A stretch of DNA of 53,983 bases from an uncultured Saprospiraceae bacterium (GTDB taxonomy: Bacteria > Bacteroidota > Bacteroidia > Chitinophagales > Saprospiraceae), in NCBI GenBank assembly GCA_964596135.1, contig CAZQTF010000001.1, positions 1-53,983 on the forward strand, written 5' to 3'. Both the position numbers and the translations under genes were made by a program. The notes beneath the pieces were generated by a model. The model did no database searches. It was not told the origin of the DNA and was given only the letters and a program-made list of their open reading frames with translations. Below, piece by piece: positions 17,571 to 27,562 of the stretch. Position 1 is the stretch's first letter; each line of letters starts with the position of its first letter.

Positions 17571-19295
17571 TTAGTTGATAAATATTTTCTGATTGGGAAT
17601 AACCGTATCCGAGTAGCTCATATTATTCAGCAAACGCAATCGTTGCTCGGTCATGCCGTACATTCTTGCGATCTGGCTGATGTTCTCACCTTCTTTTACG
17701 GTGTGAGTAGCCCTTTTGATTAAGCTCCCCGATTCATATCCCTGCGGGATGGTCTGGTCATAAGCAGGAGGAATAGTGCGTGATTCCGGTTGGAAGGTTC
17801 CTCCACTCACGGTTCTGGGGCGGAAATCTTTTCCCAAATCAGAACTTGAATAAATTTGAGGCGTGATACTCTGATCCTTAAACAAATCAACCGAAAAAGA
17901 TTCTCCTTCTTTATAAGGTGATTTTACGGTCAGTTCCGTAGGGACGCCGCCGTAATAACTATAGTCTCGTGGGCGGTCAGTTGTTGATGAGGTACTGGTT
18001 TTTGAAACGGCAGGTAGTGGGCAATCCGTTGTTTTCACAAGCTGACCGGCTTTAATGGTCTCTTCTTCGGTAAAGCCATTGATGCTGCGAAAGCGGGCTT
18101 CTGTATATCCGAATTTAATTGCCAGCGAAGCGACGGTTTCGCCAGACTGCGCCACGTAATAGCCGGTGGTGCTTTCCCATGCTTTTTCTCTGGCGGCTAC
18201 GCTTTTGGCAACAAAAGTATTGTCTTCGTATGGAGCCGGCATCGTGACAGCAGGGCGGCTGTCTGCAATTGCATCCGATGGTTTCGTATCTGTAGCTTTT
18301 TCTGCTACTTTAAGCTTATCGCAAACGTGAATCGTCGTAGAGCTTCCTAAACCATTCCAAGCCTGTATTTGTGCGACCGTTACGCCATAGCTTTTAGAAA
18401 TGCGATAAAGTGTCTCACCTTTTTGTACAATGTGATATCCTCCCCCGGAAATCGCCCCGCCACAAGGATTGGCAGCAGGTGCTGGCTTGGGGGAAGGGGT
18501 TTTGGGCGTTTGATCAAACGCTTTGGGAATATCTTTTTCAGTCAATTCTTCTTTATTGGCAGGTGGCTGCTCCTGGCAAAGCAAACGAAGGTATTCATCC
18601 GGTGTGTAGTCATTGATTTTTTCCAGCCGGCGTACGTTGTTGTAGGCATCCGAGGCATTCACGCCATATCTTTCCTCCCGGATACCCAGCTCTGGTACTA
18701 GTACAAAATCGGTATGCCTGGGGTCTGCATCTTGCGATGTCTTTTTAAGTAAATAGGCGCCACTGCAATCATTTTCGAATTTTCCATCAAATAATATTTC
18801 CTTCCCTTTTGTTTTTATAATAGAAATATCAATATTAATCAATGCATTATTTGTATTAAGATTAAAGTTGTAACGTTCAGAAATATAGGTAATTGCCGGT
18901 CCGATTTGTTGGAAATAGGCAGCTTTGGCAATCTTGTAAACGTTGTATTGGTTGTTTTGCCCTTTGATCATCAAAAAAACCTGATCGCTGCCGTTATTAA
19001 TTGCTTCTACAAATTTTTCGTTATAGAGGCTGTTTCCGCAGGAATAAACCTGCGCCGGCAAAAATTCCTGGCTTCTGGGCTGGTCGGGGCTAATTTCCAG
19101 ATAAACAAACTCCGACGCGCTTGCTTTGAGACGGTAAACCACCACGTCGCTCATTTTTCCGTTAGTCGTGTGGGAGTACAACATCCTGTCCATGCAGGCT
19201 TGATCATGTAAAAGATACAGACTTGCCGCTTGTGAAAGCGGAATCGAGAGGCTTAGATACAAACCAATGGTCAGAAGCTGAATTTTGATATTCAT
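17571..19295 (-). CDS. secreted protein with three LysM peptidoglycan-binding repeats and an unrecognised N-terminal domain
   Basis: 574 aa with a signal peptide. The LysM repeats are HIVQKGETLYRISKSYGVTVAQIQAWNGL, YYVAQSGETVASLAIKFGYTEARFRSINGF and HTVKEGENISQIARMYGMTEQRLRLLNNM. Confidence 0.8.
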   Translation of the reverse strand: MNIKIQLLTIGLYLSLSIPLSQAASLYLLHDQACMDRMLYSHTTNGKMSDVVVYRLKASASEFVYLEISPDQPRSQEFLPAQVYSCGNSLYNEKFVEAINNGSDQVFLMIKGQNNQYNVYKIAKAAYFQQIGPAITYISERYNFNLNTNNALINIDISIIKTKGKEILFDGKFENDCSGAYLLKKTSQDADPRHTDFVLVPELGIREERYGVNASDAYNNVRRLEKINDYTPDEYLRLLCQEQPPANKEELTEKDIPKAFDQTPKTPSPKPAPAANPCGGAISGGGYHIVQKGETLYRISKSYGVTVAQIQAWNGLGSSTTIHVCDKLKVAEKATDTKPSDAIADSRPAVTMPAPYEDNTFVAKSVAAREKAWESTTGYYVAQSGETVASLAIKFGYTEARFRSINGFTEEETIKAGQLVKTTDCPLPAVSKTSTSSTTDRPRDYSYYGGVPTELTVKSPYKEGESFSVDLFKDQSITPQIYSSSDLGKDFRPRTVSGGTFQPESRTIPPAYDQTIPQGYESGSLIKRATHTVKEGENISQIARMYGMTEQRLRLLNNMSYSDTVIPNQKIFIN

Positions 19296-19526
19296 ACCGC
19301 TTGTTTTGAAACAGATGCAGTATCTGCGTGTAATATTTAATAAATCAATGATTTATACAAAGTTTCAATAAAAAAGTGAATAAAACAATATGTTGAACGA
19401 GAATTTCACCAAAAAGATTGCGTTTTCTTTCTTTTTTTGAAGAATAATCTCACCAGCCTGCTGATATGGATGAAGAATGGACTAAATGCGAAGGGATCAC
19501 GATATTTAAGGCGTGGAAGAACGAGA

Positions 19527-20171
19527 TTATACCCTCTCTACAATACCGTTGGTTACGGCGTAGAGCACCAGTTCGGAAGACGTATTGAGATTCAGTTTCT
19601 TCATAATTTTTTTACGGTGGGTATAAACGGTATGCGGGCTTAGGTTCAAAACATCTGCAATTTCCTTGGCGATCAGCCCTTTAGCCACAAGTTTGACGAT
19701 CTCGATTTCCCGGGGCGTCAGCGGGGTTGGTGCGCAACTTTCACCTTTAGCGAAGGTTTTTTCTAACAGATAATCCAACACTTTGGTACAAAAAAACTTC
19801 TGCCCTCTGGCTGTCGCATTGATCGCATCTATAATTTCTTCCTCTCCGCAGGTTTTAGTTAGAAAGCTGCTGACGCCATGCTCGAGTACTTCGTATATAG
19901 AACTTTTATCGTGATCTTCACTGATGACAAGAATGCGGGCATTGGGGGCAGTATCCTTGATCTGATCAATGGTTTGTTGGCTGAAATAGCCAGGAGAGTT
20001 GTAGTCCAAAATCACAATCTGCGCAGGGTATTGCTTCAAATACTGAATCAGTTCCTCCTCATCGCCTGCTTCCGCCAAAATGTCAAAATGCGCATTCGCC
20101 TCCAGCACCTGCCGGAGGCCCAGGCGGGTAAGATACTGAGCATCCGCAAGAATGATCGAAATATTTTGCAT
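19527..20171 (-). CDS. NarL/LuxR-family response regulator (REC + HTH)
   Basis: 214 aa. The receiver domain has a phospho-acceptor context of IVILDYN. The C-terminal HTH is LTPREIEIVKLVAKGLIAKEIADVLNLSPHTVYTHRKKIMKKL. Confidence 0.85.
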   Translation of the reverse strand: MQNISIILADAQYLTRLGLRQVLEANAHFDILAEAGDEEELIQYLKQYPAQIVILDYNSPGYFSQQTIDQIKDTAPNARILVISEDHDKSSIYEVLEHGVSSFLTKTCGEEEIIDAINATARGQKFFCTKVLDYLLEKTFAKGESCAPTPLTPREIEIVKLVAKGLIAKEIADVLNLSPHTVYTHRKKIMKKLNLNTSSELVLYAVTNGIVERV

Positions 20172-20255
20172 TGTAATTATTGGATTTCTAACACGAAAAT
20201 AGAAAGCATTCCCTCTTAAAACAAATTTATTTAGACTTAGTTTAGATTATTTTTA

Positions 20256-20852
20256 TTAAAGCAGTCGTTTCTGCAACTCAAAAAACAATTCTCTTCCTGC
20301 GCGCGGCAGAATAGAATCTAAACTCACATCCATTTGCAAAATACGAAAATACGGCAAGAAAATGCGTTGATATTCCTCTTTGGTTCCTCCAAAAGGCGGA
20401 CCGGGATGTTCGAAGGGATGCGCAAAAAGTAATCCGACGACCTTGCCATTGTTGGAGAGCAGTTCCGCTGCCTTTCGGGCATAATCGGGTCGGCGCACAG
20501 GCTCAATAGCGCTGAAAAATGTTTGCTCCAAAATCAAATCAACCGTCAATGCTAATTCAAAAAAATCTTCTACGAGCATTTGAGCCTCGGGAAAGTCAGG
20601 GGCTTGCTGCTTCAAATACTCGAAAGCTGCGGGCGCCCAGTCGCATACAAATACTTGTTGGAAACCCTGCCGATAAGCATAAACCGCTTCATAAGCCCGG
20701 CCTGCACCGGGAATGAGTATTCGAAGTGACTGGTCTTTCAATTGATCGAGGTAGTGCTTTAGCGGCGGCGACACATACCCGATATCCCACGGCGTATTGT
20801 GCATTTTGTAGCGCTCATTCCAGTAATTTGACGTCAAACCATAATCCGACAT
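20256..20852 (-). CDS. TPMT-family SAM-dependent methyltransferase (thiol/halide methyltransferase-like)
   Basis: 198 aa with WNERYKMHNTPWDIGYVSPPL and the SAM motif I ILIPGAGRAYEA, which is the TPMT/HOL-like arrangement. Confidence 0.7.
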   Translation of the reverse strand: MSDYGLTSNYWNERYKMHNTPWDIGYVSPPLKHYLDQLKDQSLRILIPGAGRAYEAVYAYRQGFQQVFVCDWAPAAFEYLKQQAPDFPEAQMLVEDFFELALTVDLILEQTFFSAIEPVRRPDYARKAAELLSNNGKVVGLLFAHPFEHPGPPFGGTKEEYQRIFLPYFRILQMDVSLDSILPRAGRELFFELQKRLL

Positions 20853-20957
20853 AATGATTGAGTGAGCATGGTTAATGATTGCCCGGCTGAGCTATAAATC
20901 GCTCGTAATCAATTATAAAAAATAATACCACAGCTTAATATTGCCCGACTGGTTGTT

Positions 20958-22199
20958 TTACTTAAAAACCGATGCCTGATTGGATTCTGTAGATGTAAAT
21001 TCCGGGTTTTCTTCCTCTTCATAGTTATCGGGCGTTTCCCGGAATTGCACTTTGATCTTGTAGCGTTTATTTAGATTGCTGACCACAGGCACAAACATTG
21101 TATTCATCAATTCCACCGCCTGTGATTTGGCTTTATCCAGCACCTGGCTTTCTTCGATCGCATCCCGGCGGAACTCCGCACGAAGCACATTAAAACTACG
21201 GTTGAGATCCACATTTTTCACTTCGCGCAGCCAGCCGATGTCGAGTTTATCAATTTTTGGATACACTTCGTGCGAGAGAATCGTTGGCTCCGGCAAAGTA
21301 ATCGTCACCAGCCCCGCTTTGGAATTGAGGCTAATGTCGAAGTATTCATTTAATCGGAAACCCGCTTTCAAAATACTAATGGCAGTCACTTCAAAATCAG
21401 TGGAAGATACTGCGAATCCCCAGATTTTGGTTTGTAACTGACGGCTTAGTCCTTTTTTGTCGCGGATTTCTACCGTCGCCAGTTCGGCAATCGTTTTTTC
21501 TACCTTTTCCTGCATCAAGCCCTTGGAGCGGCTGAAGTCCTCGATAGCAGCACGTTCTTCCATCCGCCGGATAAGCGGTTGCAGCGCTTCGGTCATTGCC
21601 ACGCCACAAGGCGTATCCACACTTTTGCCACGGGCATAAATACTGCCGTCTTTGGTAGTTTCTATCAAGGATGTGATGACGTGATTGACCAGAAAACAAG
21701 TGTATTTGGAAGCGACTTCATTCAAAATGGCAACGGCGTTGGCTCTTTCGTTGTCGTACCAGGTTTGGTACAAATTTGAGGTGGTATCTTTCATTGTCAC
21801 GAAATCATTGTAGTACAGATCCTTAAGATAAGCATGGTGTTTTTCATACTCCTTCTGCACCTTCGCTTTGATTTCGCTGCTTAAGCCCATCCGGTTTGCG
21901 GTGTGATTCAAAATAGACAAATTGACATCGTACACCAATTGATTGAACTCGCGGCGATAACGCTGCGGATTGGATAAAATCGCCAGCGCGTCTTCCTCGT
22001 CAATATTCATGTCGAATTCGGCGGGCTTGTAATTGATCTGCAATTCCTTAGGGATCGCGGTATAGTCGCTGAAATTGTTTTTATAGTAACGATAAAATAA
22101 AGCTGCTACCACACCAAGAAACAATAAAGCCACCACCAGTCTGCCTATGCTCATCCGATTGTCGGCGGGGGGAGGCGGGCTTTGGTTTCGTCTTGCCAT
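20958..22199 (-). CDS. membrane-anchored protein with C-terminal DUF4230-like domain
   Basis: 413 aa with an N-terminal TM helix (IGRLVVALLFLGVVAALF). The C-terminal half (ILKAGFRLNEYFDISL...ITLPEPTILSHEV) resembles DUF4230. Confidence 0.5.
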   Translation of the reverse strand: MARRNQSPPPPADNRMSIGRLVVALLFLGVVAALFYRYYKNNFSDYTAIPKELQINYKPAEFDMNIDEEDALAILSNPQRYRREFNQLVYDVNLSILNHTANRMGLSSEIKAKVQKEYEKHHAYLKDLYYNDFVTMKDTTSNLYQTWYDNERANAVAILNEVASKYTCFLVNHVITSLIETTKDGSIYARGKSVDTPCGVAMTEALQPLIRRMEERAAIEDFSRSKGLMQEKVEKTIAELATVEIRDKKGLSRQLQTKIWGFAVSSTDFEVTAISILKAGFRLNEYFDISLNSKAGLVTITLPEPTILSHEVYPKIDKLDIGWLREVKNVDLNRSFNVLRAEFRRDAIEESQVLDKAKSQAVELMNTMFVPVVSNLNKRYKIKVQFRETPDNYEEEENPEFTSTESNQASVFK

Positions 22200-22494
22200 T
22201 TTTTTTGTTATTTCTTTACTAATTTTAAAACACGAGCATTGTCACTGTTAAGTCGCTTTTCAACATGGTTTTCGCAAAAATCCCATTAACAAATAACAAT
22301 GTCTTGCCAATTTTTACCTTTTAAACGTAACTACAACGTAGAAGTCACGCCGGTTCAAATTAAATATACGATTAATATAAATAAAAGTTCAGGCAATCGC
22401 CCGTTTTATCAAAAACTTCCTTTTTGTAAACAAAATATGAAAATATTAGCTTTTATCTAATTTTTATAACTTTAACCTTTAAGAATTTCGAAAA

Positions 22495-23346
22495 ATGGAT
22501 ACTCCTCAAATGACCTTAAATTGCGGGGGAAAACTGCTCAGCCTGGAAACGCCCATAGCAATGGGTATTCTGAATGTTACACCCGATTCATTCTACGATG
22601 GCGGGCGCTATGCCGATGGCAGCGCCATGTTGCGGCAAGCAGAGAAAATGCTCCTCGAGGGCGCGGCAATCATTGATGTGGGGGGCATGTCGTCTCGTCC
22701 CGGCGCGGAGGTCATCAGCAAGGAAGAGGAGTTGAAGCGGGTCATTCCGGTAGTTGAAAAAATCTCCCGACATTTCCCGGAGGCTATTATTTCGATTGAT
22801 ACCGTTCAGTCGGCAGTCGCCCAACATAGCGTGGAAGCAGGCGCAAGGATTGTTAATGATATTTCCGCCGGGCGCATAGATGAGCAAATGTACGAAACCG
22901 TAGCCGCACTGGGTGTTCCGTATGTTTTGATGCACATGCAGGGTACGCCGGGCAATATGCAACAAAATCCAACCTATGACGATGTCGTACGTGAAATCCT
23001 GGACTTTTTTATTCGGGAAACCGGTAAACTGCGGGCGTTGGGCGTTAAAGATATTTTACTGGACGTTGGTTTTGGTTTTGGTAAAACGGTCAAACACAAT
23101 TTCCAACTCTTGCGCAATCTTCATGTTTTTCGGATATTGGATTTGCCAATTCTGACAGGGCTTTCGCGCAAGTCAATGATTTGCCGACCATTGGGCATCA
23201 AGCCGGCAGAAGCGCTGAACGGCACCACTGCTTTGCACATGGTTGCCCTGCAGCAAGGTTCGCGTATCCTGCGCGTACACGATGTGCGCGAAGCAATGGA
23301 AGTAATAACATTGTGGCAACAATTAGAATTTGCTGATACCCCCTGA
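22495..23346 (+). CDS. folP: dihydropteroate synthase
   Basis: 283 aa with hallmark motifs GILNVTPDSFYDGG, DVGGMSSRPG, SIDT, NDISAG, MHMQGTP and DVGFGFGK. Confidence 0.92.
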   Translation: MDTPQMTLNCGGKLLSLETPIAMGILNVTPDSFYDGGRYADGSAMLRQAEKMLLEGAAIIDVGGMSSRPGAEVISKEEELKRVIPVVEKISRHFPEAIISIDTVQSAVAQHSVEAGARIVNDISAGRIDEQMYETVAALGVPYVLMHMQGTPGNMQQNPTYDDVVREILDFFIRETGKLRALGVKDILLDVGFGFGKTVKHNFQLLRNLHVFRILDLPILTGLSRKSMICRPLGIKPAEALNGTTALHMVALQQGSRILRVHDVREAMEVITLWQQLEFADTP

Positions 23347-23360
23347 CTTAAATCCAAAAA

Positions 23361-24770
23361 ATGACCGAAAAGGAAGTGAACAAGGCTGCTTTGGGCATGT
23401 TGCGCTCATACTACCGCCTCCGCATCAAGTCGGATTCGCCAGAGGTCACCTCGGATGTGCGAGGAGCGGGAGGAATCATTGCCGATGGCGCCTATGCATT
23501 CCGAACGCCTGACGGGGAACGCTTTTTGGCTACGGTAGAATCCACCTCAGCAGATACCAAAGATGAAGTTTATTACAAGCTCCAGCGATGGCTACTTGCC
23601 TGGGACAGTGCTACAGTAGCGAGCATTATTACGCTGTTGTGGTTCAGTTGGACGTTTATCAACGACAATATTTTGGTCAAAAAATATGGCGTGAACTACA
23701 CCACACTGTTGATCGCCGCAGTTTTCCTTGGGGCATACCTCTTCTACTTCCTCATTTTCAGAAGATTACGCCGTTATCGTTATATTTATGCCGTGGAACA
23801 GTTCAAACGCTACCATGCCGATGAACAGTGGATTGCTATCGCCGAAGATGTATTTGCCCACAACAATGACAAGTATTACCTAGAATTGCGCAATCAGTGT
23901 ATTTACAATGGTTTCGGGCTGATTGTTGTGGATCAGCACCAAAAACCCTACCTGGCGATCACGCCTGCCCGAAGGGAACTATTTAGCGGTAGCCGAAAAA
24001 TCGTGCAATTCTTTTCCCAAAACCAAATCAACCGTCTGCTGCAACGCAGTGCTGGTCTTCAGGAATGGTGGAAAAAATTTAGCAAAGGTATGCCCTTACA
24101 AATCGTACTTTCCGATCCGGATTATTTTCTGCGGTTTCGTCGTCCGGTTATCAATCAGATCGTGGTTTGCGGCATCAGTTGGGTCATGATCGGCTTTATT
24201 TTTTATGTAGAATGGCAACAGCGACCGGTACGATACGTCAGCCAGGAAAAGTACGAAGAAGAAGTCATCACCCGTCAGGTACAAAGCCAGGGTGAGCCTA
24301 ACCGAACAATCATTTTGCCGAATGACTCGATTTACATCCGCCCGTTTGATAATAAAGTCATTCCTTACTTGCTGCTGTTACAATCGGAGCAACTAAGCCC
24401 AATTACCGCTGCTTTAAATAAAAGCGGCACAGATGTATTGATCGGGATGCTCAATGGCACGATGATCGTCTATGATTGTGAACGTTTATACAATTTTCAA
24501 ACACCGAAATTCATTCTGCAGGAAGGCGTTTATCCTGATTTTGAAACCGTCACCCGTCGAATGAATCAGTTACTCGCCGAAGGACTGCAGGTAAACAGTA
24601 TCTGGATGGGTTGCTTTTCGGAGAAAGATCAAAGTTACATCTTGTATTTCGATGAACTACTCGACAGTAAAGCCCAGGCGGAAAAACTGGCGCGAGACTA
24701 CCACAACAAGCTTAAAAACAAAAACTTAGATACACCTATTTCCATTAAAACACTAATGCCAAAGCGCTGA
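23361..24770 (+). CDS. hypothetical membrane protein (two or more TM helices, possible SPOR-like C-terminus)
   Basis: 469-aa ORF starting 14 nt after folP. TM helices lie near residues 85-135 and 270-290. The C-terminal about 80 aa has a beta-alpha-beta-like pattern (FILQEGVY...ILYFDELLDSKAQAEKLA). No family recognised. Confidence 0.5.
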   Translation: MTEKEVNKAALGMLRSYYRLRIKSDSPEVTSDVRGAGGIIADGAYAFRTPDGERFLATVESTSADTKDEVYYKLQRWLLAWDSATVASIITLLWFSWTFINDNILVKKYGVNYTTLLIAAVFLGAYLFYFLIFRRLRRYRYIYAVEQFKRYHADEQWIAIAEDVFAHNNDKYYLELRNQCIYNGFGLIVVDQHQKPYLAITPARRELFSGSRKIVQFFSQNQINRLLQRSAGLQEWWKKFSKGMPLQIVLSDPDYFLRFRRPVINQIVVCGISWVMIGFIFYVEWQQRPVRYVSQEKYEEEVITRQVQSQGEPNRTIILPNDSIYIRPFDNKVIPYLLLLQSEQLSPITAALNKSGTDVLIGMLNGTMIVYDCERLYNFQTPKFILQEGVYPDFETVTRRMNQLLAEGLQVNSIWMGCFSEKDQSYILYFDELLDSKAQAEKLARDYHNKLKNKNLDTPISIKTLMPKR

Positions 24771-24778
24771 TCCGATCC

Positions 24779-25744
24779 ATGCCACTGATAAAACATTCTA
24801 CTTATAAAGCGCCGCCCCTGTTGCGCAATGGCCACCTGAATACCATTTACGCTGGCGCTTTCCGCAGCGTACGAGATTTGACTTATGAGCGCGAGCGCAT
24901 CCACACGCCCGATGGCGATTTTCTCGATCTGGATTGGTCAACGGTGAGCAGTGACCGCCTGGTTATTGTTTTACATGGGCTGGAAGGCAGCGCCCAACGC
25001 CCCTATACCCGAGGGATGATTCGCTACTTCAACCAAAATGGCTGGGACGGACTGGGTATGAATTTCCGGGGGTGCAGCGGAGAACCCAATCGGCTGTTGC
25101 GCTCCTATCACGTTGGGGAAACCAGCGATCTGGATACCGTCATTCAGCATGTACTATCGCTCGATCGCTATCGGGAGGTCGTGCTGGTTGGTTTTAGTCT
25201 AGGTGGCAACGTAACGCTGAAATACATTGGTGAAAAAGGCACACAGGTGCATCCAATTATCAGAAAAGCGGTCGCCCTATCCGTGCCGTGTCATGTGCCC
25301 AGCGCGAACGAAGTGTTCAACCACTGGCAAAACAAGCTGTATATGCACCGCTTCATGCGTTCCCTCAACGCGAAAATGCAATACAAAGCCGCACAATTTC
25401 CCGGACAATTGAAAATCAACGGACGCCTGCCACGAAATTTCAACGAATTCGATGAAATTTTTACCGCACCGGTGCATGGCTTTGCCAATGCACACGACTA
25501 CTGGACGCGCAACAGCAGTTTGCCGTTTCTCGAAAATACAGTCATTCCTACCCTCCTCATCAACGCGATGGATGATTCTTTTCTCAGCCAGGCGTGCTTC
25601 CCCACCGCATTAGCCGATGGTCACCGCCGTTTTTATCTCGAAACACCACGCCGGGGCGGTCATTGTGGCTTTGTGACCTTCAACGACAACGGCACCTACT
25701 GGTCAGAAAAAAGAACGTTTGAATTTGCAGCATCAAATGTCTAA
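24779..25744 (+). CDS. alpha/beta hydrolase (YheT/ABHD1-3-like)
   Basis: 321 aa. It has the HGLEGS oxyanion region, the nucleophile elbow GFSLGGN, a late D (NAMDDSF) and GGHCGF. Confidence 0.8.
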   Translation: MPLIKHSTYKAPPLLRNGHLNTIYAGAFRSVRDLTYERERIHTPDGDFLDLDWSTVSSDRLVIVLHGLEGSAQRPYTRGMIRYFNQNGWDGLGMNFRGCSGEPNRLLRSYHVGETSDLDTVIQHVLSLDRYREVVLVGFSLGGNVTLKYIGEKGTQVHPIIRKAVALSVPCHVPSANEVFNHWQNKLYMHRFMRSLNAKMQYKAAQFPGQLKINGRLPRNFNEFDEIFTAPVHGFANAHDYWTRNSSLPFLENTVIPTLLINAMDDSFLSQACFPTALADGHRRFYLETPRRGGHCGFVTFNDNGTYWSEKRTFEFAASNV

Positions 25745-25854
25745 AACTGGCTGATTCGATGTAATTTCACACGTCGATTTCGATGATCTTTGCGATTTTT
25801 TTTACAGTTTACATTGCTATTTTATTCCAAAAGCTTCGCTAAAAAATACCAACC

Positions 25855-26847
25855 ATGAAAAACCTTTTACAAAAGAGCTTGCTAATTTGCGCAGCATTTT
25901 TTTGCCTGAGCAATAATGCATTCACAGCTGGCGAGAAGCCTGTAGCCACTACTGCGCATTTCGATTTTTACAACAATTACTGGGTCAATCTGCACCACTT
26001 TTTGTATGATAAAGCGCTGAAGGAAGCGCCCGAGTTGACCACCGATAGCCTTGAAAATCAGATCGTTCTGAAGCTGAACGAAAACGACCGGAGAGCATAT
26101 GACCAGGCGGTTGACTTTTACCGAAAATACCTGGCCAGCCGGAGCCTCGTGTCGGATAAGATTATGCATACCATCCACGCCTGTTTGGTCAATTTTGACG
26201 CTAAAACCACCCCCAACTGCACCGACCTGGAGCAGGAGCATATTGAAATTTTTAAAAGCTTCAGCCCGGTTTACAAAAAACACTTCTGGAAATTGCACAG
26301 CGAGCAGAATATGGGGAAATTGAATGAACATTTGAACACGCTCCAACTGGTGGGGAATGACATTGTACAACAAATTACTTCGCTCAGCAACACCGCCTGG
26401 CAGGATGTCAAAATTCGGGTTGATCTCAGCACGCACGCCAGCCGAAGCGGCTCTTATTTTCTGCTGAATCCGATGATGATCACCATTTCTACCGCCAGTA
26501 AGAGATTGCAAGGCACGCTGTTTATCGAAATGCTTTTCCATGAAGCCAGCCACTCAATCATGAGCGCCGATAAGGGAGCTATCAGCCAAAACATTGCCAA
26601 AGCCTCTCAGGCACTGGGCAAGCAACCACCCTTTGATTTTTGGCACATGGTGCTTTTTTATATCGTCGGCGAATCAACGAAAACAGCATTAGCCAAACAA
26701 AATATAGAGCACCAAACGTACATGGAAACATACAATGTTGCCAAGCGGTACAATGCCATCCTGGCGGACAATATGGAAATTTACATAGACGGAAAGATCA
26801 GTTTGTTTGAGGCGCTGCGCCGTACAATAGACAAAGCGCAAAACTAA
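25855..26847 (+). CDS. secreted hypothetical protein carrying an HExxH motif
   Basis: 330 aa with a signal peptide. It contains a single HEASH (in FIEMLFHEASHSIM). No recognisable family by eye. Confidence 0.5.
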   Translation: MKNLLQKSLLICAAFFCLSNNAFTAGEKPVATTAHFDFYNNYWVNLHHFLYDKALKEAPELTTDSLENQIVLKLNENDRRAYDQAVDFYRKYLASRSLVSDKIMHTIHACLVNFDAKTTPNCTDLEQEHIEIFKSFSPVYKKHFWKLHSEQNMGKLNEHLNTLQLVGNDIVQQITSLSNTAWQDVKIRVDLSTHASRSGSYFLLNPMMITISTASKRLQGTLFIEMLFHEASHSIMSADKGAISQNIAKASQALGKQPPFDFWHMVLFYIVGESTKTALAKQNIEHQTYMETYNVAKRYNAILADNMEIYIDGKISLFEALRRTIDKAQN

Positions 26848-27422
26848 AGCACTCCAGAGTCCAACAGGAATTTTACTTTTAAAATCGACACCATCGAAAG
26901 TGAATCGGTGATATCGCCTCGCATCACCATCTCCACAGCTTCGGCGAAGGGCAGTTTTCGAACGACGATCTGCTCGGTTTCTTCGGGCATCGCTTCGCCG
27001 AAGCGGAGGTCGCGAGCCACAAAAGCCATACCGCTTTCATCGGTGACAGAATTGGACGCGTGAAAATCAAGAATCTTTGTCCACCGGTGGGCAATGATGC
27101 CGGTTTCTTCCAGCAACTCCCGCTGCGCTGCTTCCAGTGGATTCGTATTCAAGGGGCAGCCGCCTTCGGGTATCTCCCAGCTATATGCTTCCAAAGCGTA
27201 GCGATACTGCCCGACCAGCCAGGTATTCAGCTCTTCATCCAGAGGTACTATGCCAATTGCCATGTTTTTAAAGTGCACCACACCGTAAATACCCGGATTA
27301 CCCGCTGGATTGATTACCTCGCGGTGGGTGACACATATCCAGTGGTTAGCATACACTTCCTGGATGCGAAGCGTTTGCCAGGGGTTTTCTGTTGTAGCGC
27401 CATGATTATTTTGCTTCATCAT
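26844..27422 (-). CDS. NUDIX hydrolase (ADP-ribose pyrophosphatase-like)
   Basis: 192 aa with the Nudix box GGCPLNTNPLEAAQRELLEETG. Confidence 0.85.
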   Translation of the reverse strand: MMKQNNHGATTENPWQTLRIQEVYANHWICVTHREVINPAGNPGIYGVVHFKNMAIGIVPLDEELNTWLVGQYRYALEAYSWEIPEGGCPLNTNPLEAAQRELLEETGIIAHRWTKILDFHASNSVTDESGMAFVARDLRFGEAMPEETEQIVVRKLPFAEAVEMVMRGDITDSLSMVSILKVKFLLDSGVL

Positions 27423-27562
27423 TCCAGGGTTTTATTATAATTCGCTTACATCGTTCTGCAAATCACTTTTTGCAAATAAAGCAAAGCTTATTTATATCAA
27501 AATAAAAATTCATAATTCTGACAATTAACAATCAACCATATTCACTTACTTAATTTAATTTT

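Noticed and set aside
22341-22365. A tRNA T-loop-like string (ccggttcaaat) in the folP upstream region, considered as a possible tRNA or integration-site remnant.
   Set aside because: The 3' side (taaat) cannot pair with gccgg, and no acceptor or anticodon arms can be drawn. No integrase or repeat partner is nearby.
22200-22494. The largest intergenic gap (295 bp), upstream of folP, examined for a structured RNA.
   Set aside because: It is very AT-rich with no extended complementary segments, which is consistent with divergent promoters.
25882-26553. Long antisense ORFs inside real genes. This 223-aa example is one; others are 12574..13266, 31780..32430, 35870..36538 and 40826..41506.
   Set aside because: Each is fully nested antisense to a gene with strong family motifs, and none shows recognisable motifs. 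They are most simply explained by stop-codon depletion opposite coding sequence.
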